NCBI GenBank assembly: GCA_965238225.1
Contig: OZ250183.1
Coordinates: 1,472,001 to 1,536,000, forward strand
Direction of reading: 5' to 3'
Length of the DNA stretch: 64,000 nucleotides
DNA from: Gammaproteobacteria bacterium
GTDB taxonomy: Bacteria > Pseudomonadota > Gammaproteobacteria > Eutrophobiales > Eutrophobiaceae
The translations under genes were made by a program, and so were the position numbers. The notes under the pieces are model-generated. The model ran no database searches, was not told the DNA's origin, and saw only the letters and a list, made by a program, of their open reading frames with translations. Below are positions 20,474 through 30,836 of the stretch, one piece after another (positions within the stretch are counted from its first letter, which is position 1; the number at the start of each line of letters is the position of its first letter).

Positions 20474-22380
20474 ACGCTTTTAATCTTGGTGTATGGTTTT
20501 TGCTCACTCAGGTCTTGCTCTCCTAGATAATGCTGGATAAATTCCATTAACCCTTCTTCATTCATACCAACATCATTCAGCATATCATCTCTGGAGCCAT
20601 GCTGAATTAATCTATCTGGCAGACCATAATTTACAATTGTTTGCGCGATTCCATTTTTAAGCAACACTTGATTCACTGCCTCACCTGCACCACCTTGCAC
20701 TACATTTTCTTCCACTGTAACAATAAGGTCATGAGTTGCAGCCATATTCAGGATCATCTCTTCATCAATCGGTTTAACAAAACGCATATTGACGACGCTT
20801 GCGCCAAGTTTATCGCCGACAGCTTGTGCAATATCCAGCACCACCCCAAAGACGAGGATTGCAATCTGCTGACCTTGGGTTCGCATTTCAGCCTTACCAA
20901 TAGGCAGTGCTGTCATTTCTTTTTCGACCGCAACACCTGAACCACCACCTCTGGGATAACGTACTGAGGCTGGACCATCAATCTGAATACCAGTGTAGAG
21001 CATTTGCCGACATTCATTTTCGTCGGCAGGTGTCATAATCACCATGTTCGGCAAACAACGCATAAATGAAATATCGTAGCAACCATTATGAGTCATGCCA
21101 TCAGCACCGACACAACCAGCACGATCAATGGCGAATAATACAGGCAGATTTTGCACGACTACATCATGAATCAATTGATCATAGGCGCGTTGTAAGAATG
21201 TAGAATAAATTGCAACCACAGGTTTTAAGCCATGACAAGCCATGCCTGCAGCAAGGGTAACACTATGCTGTTCCGCAATACCGACATCAAAATAACGACT
21301 GGGAAATTTTTGCTCATACTCAATCAAGCCTGAGCCTTCCCGCATAGCCGGTGTGATTGCAACCACACGTTTGTCCATTTCGCTGATATCGCAAATCCAG
21401 TTGCCAAATATTTTACTGTAGGTGGGTGTAGATGGTTTTCCAGATGGCACAATACCTTGCGCAGGGTCAAATGCTGTCACGCCATGATATTTAATCGGCT
21501 CTGCCTCTGCTAAGGCATAGCCTTTGCCTTTCTTGGTAATAACATGAAGAAATTGCGCCCCCTTTAAATTACGAACATTCTTCAAGGTTGCAATCAGCGC
21601 AGGCAGATCATGCCCATCAATTGGACCAATATAATTGAAGCCAAATTCCTCAAACAAAATACCTGGAGTCAATAATCCCTTCACATGCTCTTCTGCGTAA
21701 CGCGCAATATCCAATGCATTAGGTACTTTAGACAGAACTTTCTTACTTCCATCTTTAACTGTTCTGTATAATTTCCCTGAAAGTATCTGGGCAAATCGAT
21801 TGGATAGCGCACCCACGTTTGGTGAAATTGCCATATTATTGTCATTTAGAATCACCAGTAGATTAGCGCCCACATCCCCTGCATTATTCAATGCCTCGAA
21901 GGCCATGCCAGCTGTCAGACCACCATCACCGATGATGGCTACTGATTTTCTTTGACTGCCTGTTTGCTTAGCAGCAATTGCCATGCCCAGTGCTGCACTT
22001 ATTGAGGTGCTCGAATGACCAACACCAAAGGCATCATATTCACTCTCTGAACGCTTAGGAAAAGGCGATAAACCTCCCCATCGACGAATGGTGTGCATCT
22101 GATCTTTTCGACCCGTTAGTATTTTATGGGGATATGCCTGATGGCCGACATCCCACACTAAATTATCATGAGGGGTATCATAGAGATAGTGAAGCGCAAT
22201 GGTGAGTTCAACTGCGCCCAATCCAGCGGCAAAATGACCACCGCTTTGACTAACAGAATGAAGCAAGAACTCCCTGAGCTCTTTTGCCAATGTTTCTAGA
22301 TCTGATTCTGGCAACCTACGCAAGTCAGTGGGGCTATTGATATTAGCCAGTAAAGATCTACTTACTGTCATGACTGACAC
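20470..22380 (-). CDS. dxs: 1-deoxy-D-xylulose-5-phosphate synthase
   Basis: [23 protein letters not shown]...[11 protein letters not shown] and DRAG motifs. Confidence 0.97.
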   Translation of the reverse strand: MSVMTVSRSLLANINSPTDLRRLPESDLETLAKELREFLLHSVSQSGGHFAAGLGAVELTIALHYLYDTPHDNLVWDVGHQAYPHKILTGRKDQMHTIRRWGGLSPFPKRSESEYDAFGVGHSSTSISAALGMAIAAKQTGSQRKSVAIIGDGGLTAGMAFEALNNAGDVGANLLVILNDNNMAISPNVGALSNRFAQILSGKLYRTVKDGSKKVLSKVPNALDIARYAEEHVKGLLTPGILFEEFGFNYIGPIDGHDLPALIATLKNVRNLKGAQFLHVITKKGKGYALAEAEPIKYHGVTAFDPAQGIVPSGKPSTPTYSKIFGNWICDISEMDKRVVAITPAMREGSGLIEYEQKFPSRYFDVGIAEQHSVTLAAGMACHGLKPVVAIYSTFLQRAYDQLIHDVVVQNLPVLFAIDRAGCVGADGMTHNGCYDISFMRCLPNMVIMTPADENECRQMLYTGIQIDGPASVRYPRGGGSGVAVEKEMTALPIGKAEMRTQGQQIAILVFGVVLDIAQAVGDKLGASVVNMRFVKPIDEEMILNMAATHDLIVTVEENVVQGGAGEAVNQVLLKNGIAQTIVNYGLPDRLIQHGSRDDMLNDVGMNEEGLMEFIQHYLGEQDLSEQKPYTKIKSV

Positions 22381-22616
22381 TTGCCTTGTTTCTCGATTAC
22401 CATTTGAACCCGCCTAAACTTATCGAAAACTTCTAAACTCATTGCAAACTTATATTCAGGAAAGTCTTGCATTATGTAGCTGCCTCATTTACCTTGCAAG
22501 GACATTCATATTTTGGGCAATAAATAGCACACCAAGACTTAAAGCTTTTAGTTTTATAAGTAATTTAGAAGAGTAATGAAGAATTTTCATTTACCGCACA
22601 ATAGCTGGAGCCAAAC

Positions 22617-23750
22617 ATGGCCGTTCCCTTGATACAACAGTATCGAATTGCAAAATACATTATTGGACAGAAACTGCGTCGCGTAGAGCAATATCCGTTG
22701 GTACTCATGCTTGAACCGCTGTTTCGGTGCAATCTCGCCTGTGCTGGATGTGGTAAAATCGACTATCCGGAAGAAATATTAGACAAGCGTCTAAGCTATG
22801 ATGAGTGCATGGGAGCCATTGATGAGTGTGGTGCCCCAATGGTCTCCATTGCTGGCGGCGAGCCACTCATTCACAAGGAAATGGATGAGATTGTTCGGGG
22901 TTTTATTGACAAAAAGAAGTTTGTATATTTATGCACCAATGCCCTGCTCCTAGAAAAACGCATGGTAGATTATTCTCCATCGCCCTATCTGACCTTCTCA
23001 ATCCATTTAGATGGCAATGAGATGCGGCATGACAACTCAGTTTGTCGTGAGGGGGTATTTAAAAAATGTGTTGAGGTCATTAAGAAGGCGCGCGCTAAAG
23101 GTTTTCGTGTGACCATTAATTGCACTCTGTTTCAGGGAGAAACCGCCGACGAAATTGCAGAATTCATGGATATGGCAATGGCTCTGGGCGTTGAAGGCGT
23201 TACGATTTCTCCAGGGTACAGTTACCAACATGCGCCAAATCAAGAATCCTTCCTGAAAAATCATGAAAGCAAACAGCTGTTCCGTGATTTATTCAAGCTG
23301 GGGAAAGGTCTGAAATGGCGTTTTAATCAGTCCTCCCTTTATCTCGATTTCCTTGCAGGCAACCAAAGTTATCAGTGTACCCCTTGGGGCAACCCGACAC
23401 GAAATGTCTTTGGTTGGCAAAAAGCCTGTTATTTGCTGGTCGATGAAGGCTACACCACGTCATTTAAAACGATGTTGGAAGAGACTGAATGGAATAATTA
23501 TGGCAAGGGACGTAACATCAAATGTGCTAACTGCATGGTTCATTGTGGCTTTGAGGCATCAGCGATTGATGATACCTTCAAACATCCATTGAAAGCATTG
23601 AAAGTTGCGATTAAAGGGCCTAGAACTGAAGGACTCATGGCACCAGAACTCCCTATTATGTATGAGGATACCCCTGAGCCTGTCGCTGAACATATCATTC
23701 ACCAGCAACCGACGGCTAGCTGTAGTTCCCAGAAAGAAGTGGCTTTATAA
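22617..23750 (+). CDS. hpnH: Adenosylhopane synthase (hopanoid radical SAM)
   Basis: YPLVLMLEPLFRCNLACAGCGKI, CTPWGNPTRNVFGWQ and CANCMVHCGFE motifs. Confidence 0.93.
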   Translation: MAVPLIQQYRIAKYIIGQKLRRVEQYPLVLMLEPLFRCNLACAGCGKIDYPEEILDKRLSYDECMGAIDECGAPMVSIAGGEPLIHKEMDEIVRGFIDKKKFVYLCTNALLLEKRMVDYSPSPYLTFSIHLDGNEMRHDNSVCREGVFKKCVEVIKKARAKGFRVTINCTLFQGETADEIAEFMDMAMALGVEGVTISPGYSYQHAPNQESFLKNHESKQLFRDLFKLGKGLKWRFNQSSLYLDFLAGNQSYQCTPWGNPTRNVFGWQKACYLLVDEGYTTSFKTMLEETEWNNYGKGRNIKCANCMVHCGFEASAIDDTFKHPLKALKVAIKGPRTEGLMAPELPIMYEDTPEPVAEHIIHQQPTASCSSQKEVAL

Positions 23751-23777
23751 GTCCGCCGCCTTGTAACCAAATGAATA

Positions 23778-24060
23778 ATGGAATATAGCCTGCTGGCTTT
23801 GCTTGGTCTGGTGATAGGGAGTCTGATTTTGTGCTTGCCATAGCGGTCTTGGAGTGTGTTTAAGAATCTTTAGGCGCTATTTCCAGATGCTATTTCTGAT
23901 AAATCTCACAAACCCGACCTTAACTGCGCTAAACGTACTTAATCCCAGCCAAAAATGAGGCAGAAGCTATCTCTGCAACACCTACATCTTTAAAAAGGCT
24001 CAGGATTTTTATGAAAAAAACGTCAATATTATTGAACCATATACAAATAGAGCTTACAGA
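23778..24060 (+). pseudogene. Relic of an HpnB-like GT2 glycosyltransferase
   Basis: MEYSLLALLGLVIGSLILCLP*RSWS, then LIPAKNEAEAISAT..SL and KAQDF in shifted frames. Confidence 0.6.
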
Positions 24061-24131
24061 CCAACGTATACTCCGATCAATACAGCAATATATGCTAAAA
24101 ACTACTGGAAAATTATAGATTGTAGGGCGGC

Positions 24132-24848
24132 TTGAGTATAAACACTATCAACATAAATACTAACGAGAATAATCTTATGGTTTCATGCATAAACACGAGA
24201 AGATTTTTGTATTTTTCTGTTTCATTTCTACAATTTTTCATAATGAGTGTATTACTTGCATTCAGCCAGCCTACACTGTCTGAAGAAGAGACAGGCGATT
24301 CATATGCAGGTGCTCTCAGGGTCGTGCAAGAATTACATACGGTTCTGCTGAAGGTGATGCAGGCGGGAAATTCCATGGAATTTTCCGAGCGTTATTTGAT
24401 ACTGGAACCTACTGTTACAGAAAGCTTTGATACACCTGCGATTGCCAAAGTCATTTTAAGCCGATACTGGAAAAACCTAACCCCTCAACAGCAAGAAGGT
24501 TTTGTCTCTCTTTTTAATCAGCAAACCATTGCCACATACGCATCTAGATTTAACAGTTTTGATAATGATGTATTCAAAATAATTACTACTAAAAAACTAA
24601 AAAAAGATCGAATTTTAGTACGAACTGAAATTCAGAGTAACAGTGAGAGCTCGATTAAACTGGATTATCTGATGCATAAAAATAACAAGCAATGGTTCAT
24701 TATTAGCGTCATCGCTGATGGTGTGAATGATCTTTCGCTCAAACGCGCTGAGTATTCGACGATCATTAAAAACAATGGCTATGAAAAACTTGTTAAAGAT
24801 ATTGAAAAAAAGATTGCAAATATAATGGAAAGAGTAGAGATAGAGTAA
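24132..24848 (+). CDS. HpnM / MlaC (Ttg2D) family lipid-binding periplasmic protein
   Basis: FD...IAKVILSRYW, YASRF and ADGVNDLSLKRAEY motifs; the true start is probably downstream of 24132. Confidence 0.85.
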   Translation: MSINTININTNENNLMVSCINTRRFLYFSVSFLQFFIMSVLLAFSQPTLSEEETGDSYAGALRVVQELHTVLLKVMQAGNSMEFSERYLILEPTVTESFDTPAIAKVILSRYWKNLTPQQQEGFVSLFNQQTIATYASRFNSFDNDVFKIITTKKLKKDRILVRTEIQSNSESSIKLDYLMHKNNKQWFIISVIADGVNDLSLKRAEYSTIIKNNGYEKLVKDIEKKIANIMERVEIE

Positions 24849-25013
24849 TGCGTATGCGCATATTATATGCTAAGGTTTGAATGCCAGAATCGCCTCACAG
24901 AATAGGACAGATTAGTCAATAATAATGAGCAGAAGAATTGATCAGAATAATGACAATCGTAGATGTAAGAATAAACGGAATTTAAAGTTAAATCACAGAA
25001 GCATGGGGCGTTA

Positions 25014-25796
25014 ATGAATAGATTAATGAAAATCAAAACATTGCCGATAATCATTACGCTGATATTGATTAATATAACATCTGGCTGCACATCTACTCAA
25101 ATAAAAGATGATAACTCCAACAATGATACGCTTGAGCCTATTAATAGAGTTGCATTTGATTTTAATGAAGTCCTTGATCAATCCATAATGAAGCCAGTTG
25201 CGGAGTCCTATGCAAAACATACCCCAACAATTTACAGGTCAGGTATTACAAACTTCTTTGATAATCTGAGCTATTTTAATGTTATTTTAAATTCTTTTCT
25301 GCAAGGTAAATTCGCGCAATGTTTGTCTGATGCAGCGCGATTTATTATCAACTCTACGATTGGGATAGGAGGCTTGAACGATATAGCAACAACCATGGGG
25401 CTAGAAAAGCATAATGAAGATTTCGGGCAAACACTGGCTATATGGGGCGTAAGTCAAGGTTCATATCTCTACATTCCATTACAAGGCCCAAATACGATTC
25501 GTAATGTCCCAGATATTGCGACCAGCACATTTTCGAATCCACTCACCTACATTGCCAGTGCAATACTGCTGCCGATTTCAGCATTGAACATCGTCAATAC
25601 TAGAGCAAATTTATTGGACGCAACCCATATCCGCGATGAATCTGCTATTGAACCTTACATTTTCACACGTGAAGCCTACCTCCAGCAGCGTGAATACGTA
25701 ATATATAATGGCAATCCTCCCGTAGAAAGTTACGACGATATCTTTGATGATATTGAAGATGATGCATCCGATGGTGGTTTTTTACGTCTTGAATAA
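25014..25796 (+). CDS. VacJ/MlaA family lipoprotein
   Basis: Lipobox TSGC; EPINR, RFIINSTIGIGG, EDFGQTL and Y...REAYLQ motifs. Confidence 0.92.
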   Translation: MNRLMKIKTLPIIITLILINITSGCTSTQIKDDNSNNDTLEPINRVAFDFNEVLDQSIMKPVAESYAKHTPTIYRSGITNFFDNLSYFNVILNSFLQGKFAQCLSDAARFIINSTIGIGGLNDIATTMGLEKHNEDFGQTLAIWGVSQGSYLYIPLQGPNTIRNVPDIATSTFSNPLTYIASAILLPISALNIVNTRANLLDATHIRDESAIEPYIFTREAYLQQREYVIYNGNPPVESYDDIFDDIEDDASDGGFLRLE

Positions 25797-25928
25797 AGAC
25801 TTCATCTGCGCATAAACTAAGGTCATGTTGCGACTTAAAACAAATAGTAGCATTTATTCCCAATCCATTTCTCTGGTTCCTTAGCTCCGTGAAATCCAGA
25901 ATTTGTATCTTTAATATCTGGTAAAAAA

Positions 25929-26053
25929 TTGAATATTCTTGTCAAATCTACTAAAATCCCGCGCTCTTTAACTCTTGCTCCACTGTGAAATAGTGATATT
26001 TGCCATCACAATTAATGGTCAGGGGGCTGCAAAAACCACGAGGGTTGCAAAAA
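25929..26053 (+). promoter_or_regulatory. rpsF promoter and probable S6:S18-binding leader RNA
   Basis: TTGAAT-17 bp-TAAAAT-CCCGCGC; leader CTCTTGCTCC...GGGGGCTG...CCACGAGGG can pair and overlaps the RBS. Confidence 0.55.
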
Positions 26054-26407
26054 ATGCGACATTATGAAGTTGTATTCATGGTTCATCCGGATCAAAGTGA
26101 GCAGGTGCCTGCTATGATCGAACGATATCGAGCTATGATTGAATCGAGCAGTGGAACCATTCACCGTCTCGAAGACTGGGGGCGTCGTCTTCTAGCCTAC
26201 CCAATTAATAAAATTCACAAGGCACATTACGTGTTAATGAATATTGAGTGTGGTACCGAGCCACTAGCAGAGCTAGACAGTGCATTTAAATTTAACGATG
26301 CTGTGATAAGAAACCTCATTATCAAGCGTAATAATCCTGTGACTGAGGTCTCATTGTTAGCAAAAATGAAGGTAGAAGAAAAGACTTCGGATGAAAAAAA
26401 TAGATAA
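26054..26407 (+). CDS. rpsF: 30S ribosomal protein S6
   Basis: [18 protein letters not shown]...EDWGRR.LAYPI. Confidence 0.97.
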   Translation: MRHYEVVFMVHPDQSEQVPAMIERYRAMIESSSGTIHRLEDWGRRLLAYPINKIHKAHYVLMNIECGTEPLAELDSAFKFNDAVIRNLIIKRNNPVTEVSLLAKMKVEEKTSDEKNR

Positions 26408-26534
26408 GCAAGCTGCCGCTACCGCAGAAAGCGAAAAGATTACTGAAACTTCTTGTTGCAACGACAACAGAAGAAGTGGCTGAAACAGCCAAGAATACCT
26501 CCGCAGAAACCACGTAGAATAGAGGGTTAATAAA

Positions 26535-26759
26535 ATGTCGCGTTATTTTCGTCGTAAACGTTATTGCAAATTTACAGCCGAGGGTGTCAAAGAAATTGAT
26601 TACAAGGATGTGAACACACTAAAGAATTACCTGACTGAGACAGGTAAGATTGTCCCAAGTAGAATTTCCGGTACCAAAGCGCGTTACCAAAGACAGCTTG
26701 TGACAGCAATCAAGCGTGCGCGTATCTTGGCATTGTTGCCTTACTGTGATTCGCATTAA
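26535..26759 (+). CDS. rpsR: 30S ribosomal protein S18
   Basis: FRRKRYCKF...IDYKD...GKIVPSR. Confidence 0.98.
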   Translation: MSRYFRRKRYCKFTAEGVKEIDYKDVNTLKNYLTETGKIVPSRISGTKARYQRQLVTAIKRARILALLPYCDSH

Positions 26760-26829
26760 CAATGCTATAAATGTTTCATTCTAGTATCTGATGAATTTTT
26801 CTTCAGATACATATCAAGCGGGTTAAACT

Positions 26830-27741
26830 ATGCGTGCACTTGGCAATTATATGTTGCTTGGGCGTTTACAAGCAGTGATTGTCATTAGCCTATCTACAAT
26901 AGCTGCAATGTTTGTTCCACCTTTTTCGTTTTTGTTAAGCGGTGTCCCGGCAGGCTTAATTATCTTGAGAAAAAGGTCTGTATATGCAATACAGATACTA
27001 CTTATTTGTTTGTTTGTTGTAGTGCTGCTTGCTGCTTTGGCTGGCGTGAATCCTCAAACAGGATTTGTATTTGCCCTCGGGGTTTGGGTGCCTGTGTATC
27101 TTTGTTGTAGTGTCTTGAGACAAACACAATCACAAGGGTGGGTGGTTTTGGTAGCAGGGGTGGTAGCCGCCGCTTATATAATGATGTTGCACTGGCTGGT
27201 TGCCGATGTTCCGGCATGGTGGCAGAAGTGGATAGAATTATGGGTCAATACAATGCCTGAGGATAGTGGCGAACAATATCTGAATGTTCTGGTGCAAGTA
27301 GCGCCCATAATGAATGCCGTTATAGCGAGCACTATCACTATTGGCTTGATTACCATAACATTGCTATCACGATGGTGGCAGTCACTACTTTTTAACCCAG
27401 GTGGTTTCAGGATAGAGTTCTATGCGCTAAGATTGCCAAGTGAAGTTATTTTCCTGCTCTTAGCAGGAATAATTTCGCTCTATATAAGCGGCTGGCAACG
27501 GGGTTCGGCAGGCTTAGATATACTGACCGTTGTAATTTTTATGTATTTATTGCAGGGGCTGGCAGCAGTGCACAGGATTGTAAATACAAAAAAAATACCC
27601 AAAATCTGTCTGTTTGTGATGTATTTTTTACTGATTTTTATGCCACATGCAATCCTACTGGTCGCTTGTCTGGGACTGGTTGATTGGTGGATAAATCAAC
27701 AACCAAAAAGTAGCAATGATAACAATCAGAATTCGTCGTGA
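26830..27741 (+). CDS. DUF2232/YybS-like membrane protein
   Basis: Polytopic, with RWWQSLLFNPGGF; conserved position between rpsR and rplI. Confidence 0.8.
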   Translation: MRALGNYMLLGRLQAVIVISLSTIAAMFVPPFSFLLSGVPAGLIILRKRSVYAIQILLICLFVVVLLAALAGVNPQTGFVFALGVWVPVYLCCSVLRQTQSQGWVVLVAGVVAAAYIMMLHWLVADVPAWWQKWIELWVNTMPEDSGEQYLNVLVQVAPIMNAVIASTITIGLITITLLSRWWQSLLFNPGGFRIEFYALRLPSEVIFLLLAGIISLYISGWQRGSAGLDILTVVIFMYLLQGLAAVHRIVNTKKIPKICLFVMYFLLIFMPHAILLVACLGLVDWWINQQPKSSNDNNQNSS

Positions 27742-27781
27742 ATTATGATAAGGTGTGTCTTAAGTGAATGAGAAAAATTAG

Positions 27782-28246
27782 ATGGAAATTATACTGCTGG
27801 AAAAAATTAACAAGCTGGGCAGTTTAGGGGATAAGGTCAATGTCAAGGCAGGTTATGGTCGTAATTATCTAATCCCAGCAGGCAAAGCGGTCTCTGCAAC
27901 TGAAGAAAATGTGGAAAAATTTGAAGCCCGTCGCGGTGAGCTTGAAAAAGCTCAGGAAGGCTTATTGAGTGCAGCAAAAGCCCGTGCAGAAGCACTGGAT
28001 GGAATAGAAATTACACTAGAAAGAATGGCTGGTGAAGAAGGAAAATTGTTTGGTTCTGTAAGCAATACAGATATCGCAGAAACCGTTACAGCAACAGGCA
28101 CTAAACTGGCTAAAAATGAAGTTCGTCTACCTGAAGGGCCGCTAAGAGCACTAGGTGAATTTGAAGTTGCAGCACATATACATACAGAAATTGATGTCAT
28201 AATTAAAGTAATTGTAGTTGCTAAAAAAATTAATATTTCCAATTAA
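27782..28246 (+). CDS. rplI: 50S ribosomal protein L9
   Basis: LGSLGDKVNVKAGYGRNYLIP and GKLFGSV motifs. Confidence 0.98.
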   Translation: MEIILLEKINKLGSLGDKVNVKAGYGRNYLIPAGKAVSATEENVEKFEARRGELEKAQEGLLSAAKARAEALDGIEITLERMAGEEGKLFGSVSNTDIAETVTATGTKLAKNEVRLPEGPLRALGEFEVAAHIHTEIDVIIKVIVVAKKINISN

Positions 28247-28319
28247 TACCTCCTATTTAGGCGGTTTAAGCAGGAACATCAAATGATTATCAATCACAAG
28301 CTCACTTCAGGAGGAGTGA

Positions 28320-30836
28320 ATGCAAGATACCGCACAGTCATCTGGAGCTGTCATCGATAGAGAAACAGCTTCGTTAAAGATCCCGCCTCATTCTATTGAG
28401 GCAGAACAGGCGGTATTGGGCGGTCTTCTTATTAATAATAATGTCTGGGAACATGTTTCTGAAAGAGTTTCAGAAAATGATTTCTATCGCAAAAATCATT
28501 GCGCAATATTTCGTGCAATTTCCAAACTGGACGATGAAGGTCAACCGTATGATATTGTCACCGTTGCAGAATGGCTGGATAATCGTCAACAACTCGATGA
28601 TGCTGGCGGTCTGCCTTACCTCGCTGCCCTTGCAGAAAAAGTTTCTGGCTCAAGTAACATTAAAGCCTATGCTGATATTGTTAGAAAACGTTCCGTCTTA
28701 AGGCAACTTATTGAGGCAACCAATACCATTAGTGAAAGTATCTTCAATCCTGAAGGGCAGACTAACGAGCAGATACTGGATCTCGCGGAAAAAACTGTAT
28801 TTGAGATCGCTGAAAGAGAATCTAAAGGCCGTAAAAATTACGACACCATTAAAGAACTTCTGACAGGCGCACTAGATAAGATTGATGATTTGTTTCGTCG
28901 AGGCAATGCGATTACCGGTGTTGCAACAGGTTATGAAGATATTGATAAAAAAACAGCAGGCCTGCAACCTTCTGATCTAATCGTCATCGCCGGTCGACCC
29001 TCCATGGGTAAGGCGCAGCCATTGGATGCGAAAATACACACCTTTCACGGTTGGAAAAACATGGGAGAACTAAGATTTGGGGATAAACTGGCATCTGTTG
29101 ATGGCAACCGCTCCATAGTCACAGGATTGTATCCCCAAGGTATTAAGGATGTTTATCAGATTACATTTTCTGATGGCAGAAGTACCGAGGTATGTGGGGA
29201 ACACTTATGGCGTGTTTATTGTAAGGAATGGGACAAACCTCGAATTCTTTCCAGCTTCAAAATAATAGAAAAGTTAAAATTAAAACGTTATCAAAGTCAA
29301 TTATGGATTGATCATTGTACAGGTCATTTTGGTCATGATGAACAATTGCCGATTGATCCATGGGCGCTTGGTGTAATGCTTGGTGGTAATGATAGCCTTA
29401 AAGAAGACAGTGCCTGCTTTTCTTCTTATAAATCAAAATTACCGGGTTCAAAGTTACTGGACACTGCATCTAATTGCCTTGCAAAAAGCTATCTCCTGCG
29501 CGCAGCTGGGGGCTATGCACACCATATAACCCAGCCCGAACATTACAGATACTCTGCAGAACCTAAAGAACAGGACTTCTGTCAAAATCCATTAAAAGAA
29601 GATTTAAAAAATCTTGGTTTATGGGAACTTGAAGCAGAATCAAAATATGTTCCAGAACTTTATCAAATGGCGAATAAGCCAGCTCGTTTAGCAATATTAC
29701 AAGGTATTTTGGATGCGCATGGTTGGGCAGAGGTATGTGGCAGCATTCATTTTTCTTCGGCAAGTGAACAGTTAATGGATGATATTGTCGACTTAGCGCG
29801 TTCTCTTGGGGCATGGGCAAGAAAATATTTACACCAAGATCATCGCAACCATTATGGCGAGAAAGTATCAAAACAACCTTTATGGGCAATCAATATCCAT
29901 CATCCTAATCCACAGTTATTATTTACTGTAGCAGAGAAAAAGGCTCGTATTTGTGTAGATGAAAAACATCAAAAAATGCCAATCATAGAATCTATAACAT
30001 ACACTCGAAAAACTGAAACTCAATGCATTGCGGTCAGCCATCCTGAGCATTTGTATATTACTGATAACTATATTCTCACCCATAACACCGCCTTAGCAAT
30101 CAACATTGCTGAGCATGCTGTGATTAAAGAAAAACTTTCAGTTGCTATATTTAGTATGGAAATGCCCGGCAATTCATTGGCTATGCGCATGATGTCTTCT
30201 TTGGGGAGAATTGATCAACATAAAATACGCACAGGAAAACTCAAAGATGAAGACTGGCCAAGATTAACCTCTGCGGTAGAAATACTAAAAGATGCGCGTT
30301 TGTTTATTGATGATACGCCAGCCTTGACACCTTCTGAAATCAGATCTCGTTGTCGTCGAATCTACAGAGAACATAACGGTCTTGATCTGGTTATTGTTGA
30401 CTATCTGCAGCTGATGCAAGTTGCCGGCAACAGCGAAAATCGTGCGACAGAGATATCTGAAATATCACGGTCACTCAAAGCCATGGCGAAAGAACTTGAT
30501 GTCCCAGTCATTGCAATATCCCAGCTAAACAGAAGTCTTGAACAGAGACCTAATAAACGTCCAGTGATGTCCGATCTTCGTGAAAGTGGCGCAATTGAAC
30601 AAGATGCTGACTTGATTATGTTTATTTATCGAGATGAGGTTTATAACGAAGACACGGCCAACAAAGGTAAAGCTGAGCTTATTATTGCCAAACAACGAAA
30701 TGGACCTATCGGCATGGTGCCACTGACTTTTCTGGGTCAATACACACGCTTCGAAAATTATATCTCGGAGAATGATTTTCTTCCTTCTGACAGTAGCTTT
30801 CCGAGCGGAGAATACACCAAGAGAGAGTATGAATGA
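28320..30836 (+). CDS. dnaB: Replicative DNA helicase with intein (480 aa after splicing)
   Basis: PPHSIEAEQAVLG, GRPSMGK|T, FSMEM, DYLQLM, SQLNR and DLRESGAIEQDAD motifs. Confidence 0.97.
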   Translation: MQDTAQSSGAVIDRETASLKIPPHSIEAEQAVLGGLLINNNVWEHVSERVSENDFYRKNHCAIFRAISKLDDEGQPYDIVTVAEWLDNRQQLDDAGGLPYLAALAEKVSGSSNIKAYADIVRKRSVLRQLIEATNTISESIFNPEGQTNEQILDLAEKTVFEIAERESKGRKNYDTIKELLTGALDKIDDLFRRGNAITGVATGYEDIDKKTAGLQPSDLIVIAGRPSMGKAQPLDAKIHTFHGWKNMGELRFGDKLASVDGNRSIVTGLYPQGIKDVYQITFSDGRSTEVCGEHLWRVYCKEWDKPRILSSFKIIEKLKLKRYQSQLWIDHCTGHFGHDEQLPIDPWALGVMLGGNDSLKEDSACFSSYKSKLPGSKLLDTASNCLAKSYLLRAAGGYAHHITQPEHYRYSAEPKEQDFCQNPLKEDLKNLGLWELEAESKYVPELYQMANKPARLAILQGILDAHGWAEVCGSIHFSSASEQLMDDIVDLARSLGAWARKYLHQDHRNHYGEKVSKQPLWAINIHHPNPQLLFTVAEKKARICVDEKHQKMPIIESITYTRKTETQCIAVSHPEHLYITDNYILTHNTALAINIAEHAVIKEKLSVAIFSMEMPGNSLAMRMMSSLGRIDQHKIRTGKLKDEDWPRLTSAVEILKDARLFIDDTPALTPSEIRSRCRRIYREHNGLDLVIVDYLQLMQVAGNSENRATEISEISRSLKAMAKELDVPVIAISQLNRSLEQRPNKRPVMSDLRESGAIEQDADLIMFIYRDEVYNEDTANKGKAELIIAKQRNGPIGMVPLTFLGQYTRFENYISENDFLPSDSSFPSGEYTKREYE
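29013..30086 (+). mobile_element. Class 3 intein (358 aa) with a degenerate LAGLIDADG endonuclease
   Basis: Starts AQPLDA and ends ILTHN|T; WCT triplet (EHLW, TQCI, LTHN); HEN blocks LGVMLGGND and LQGILDAHG. Confidence 0.92.
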
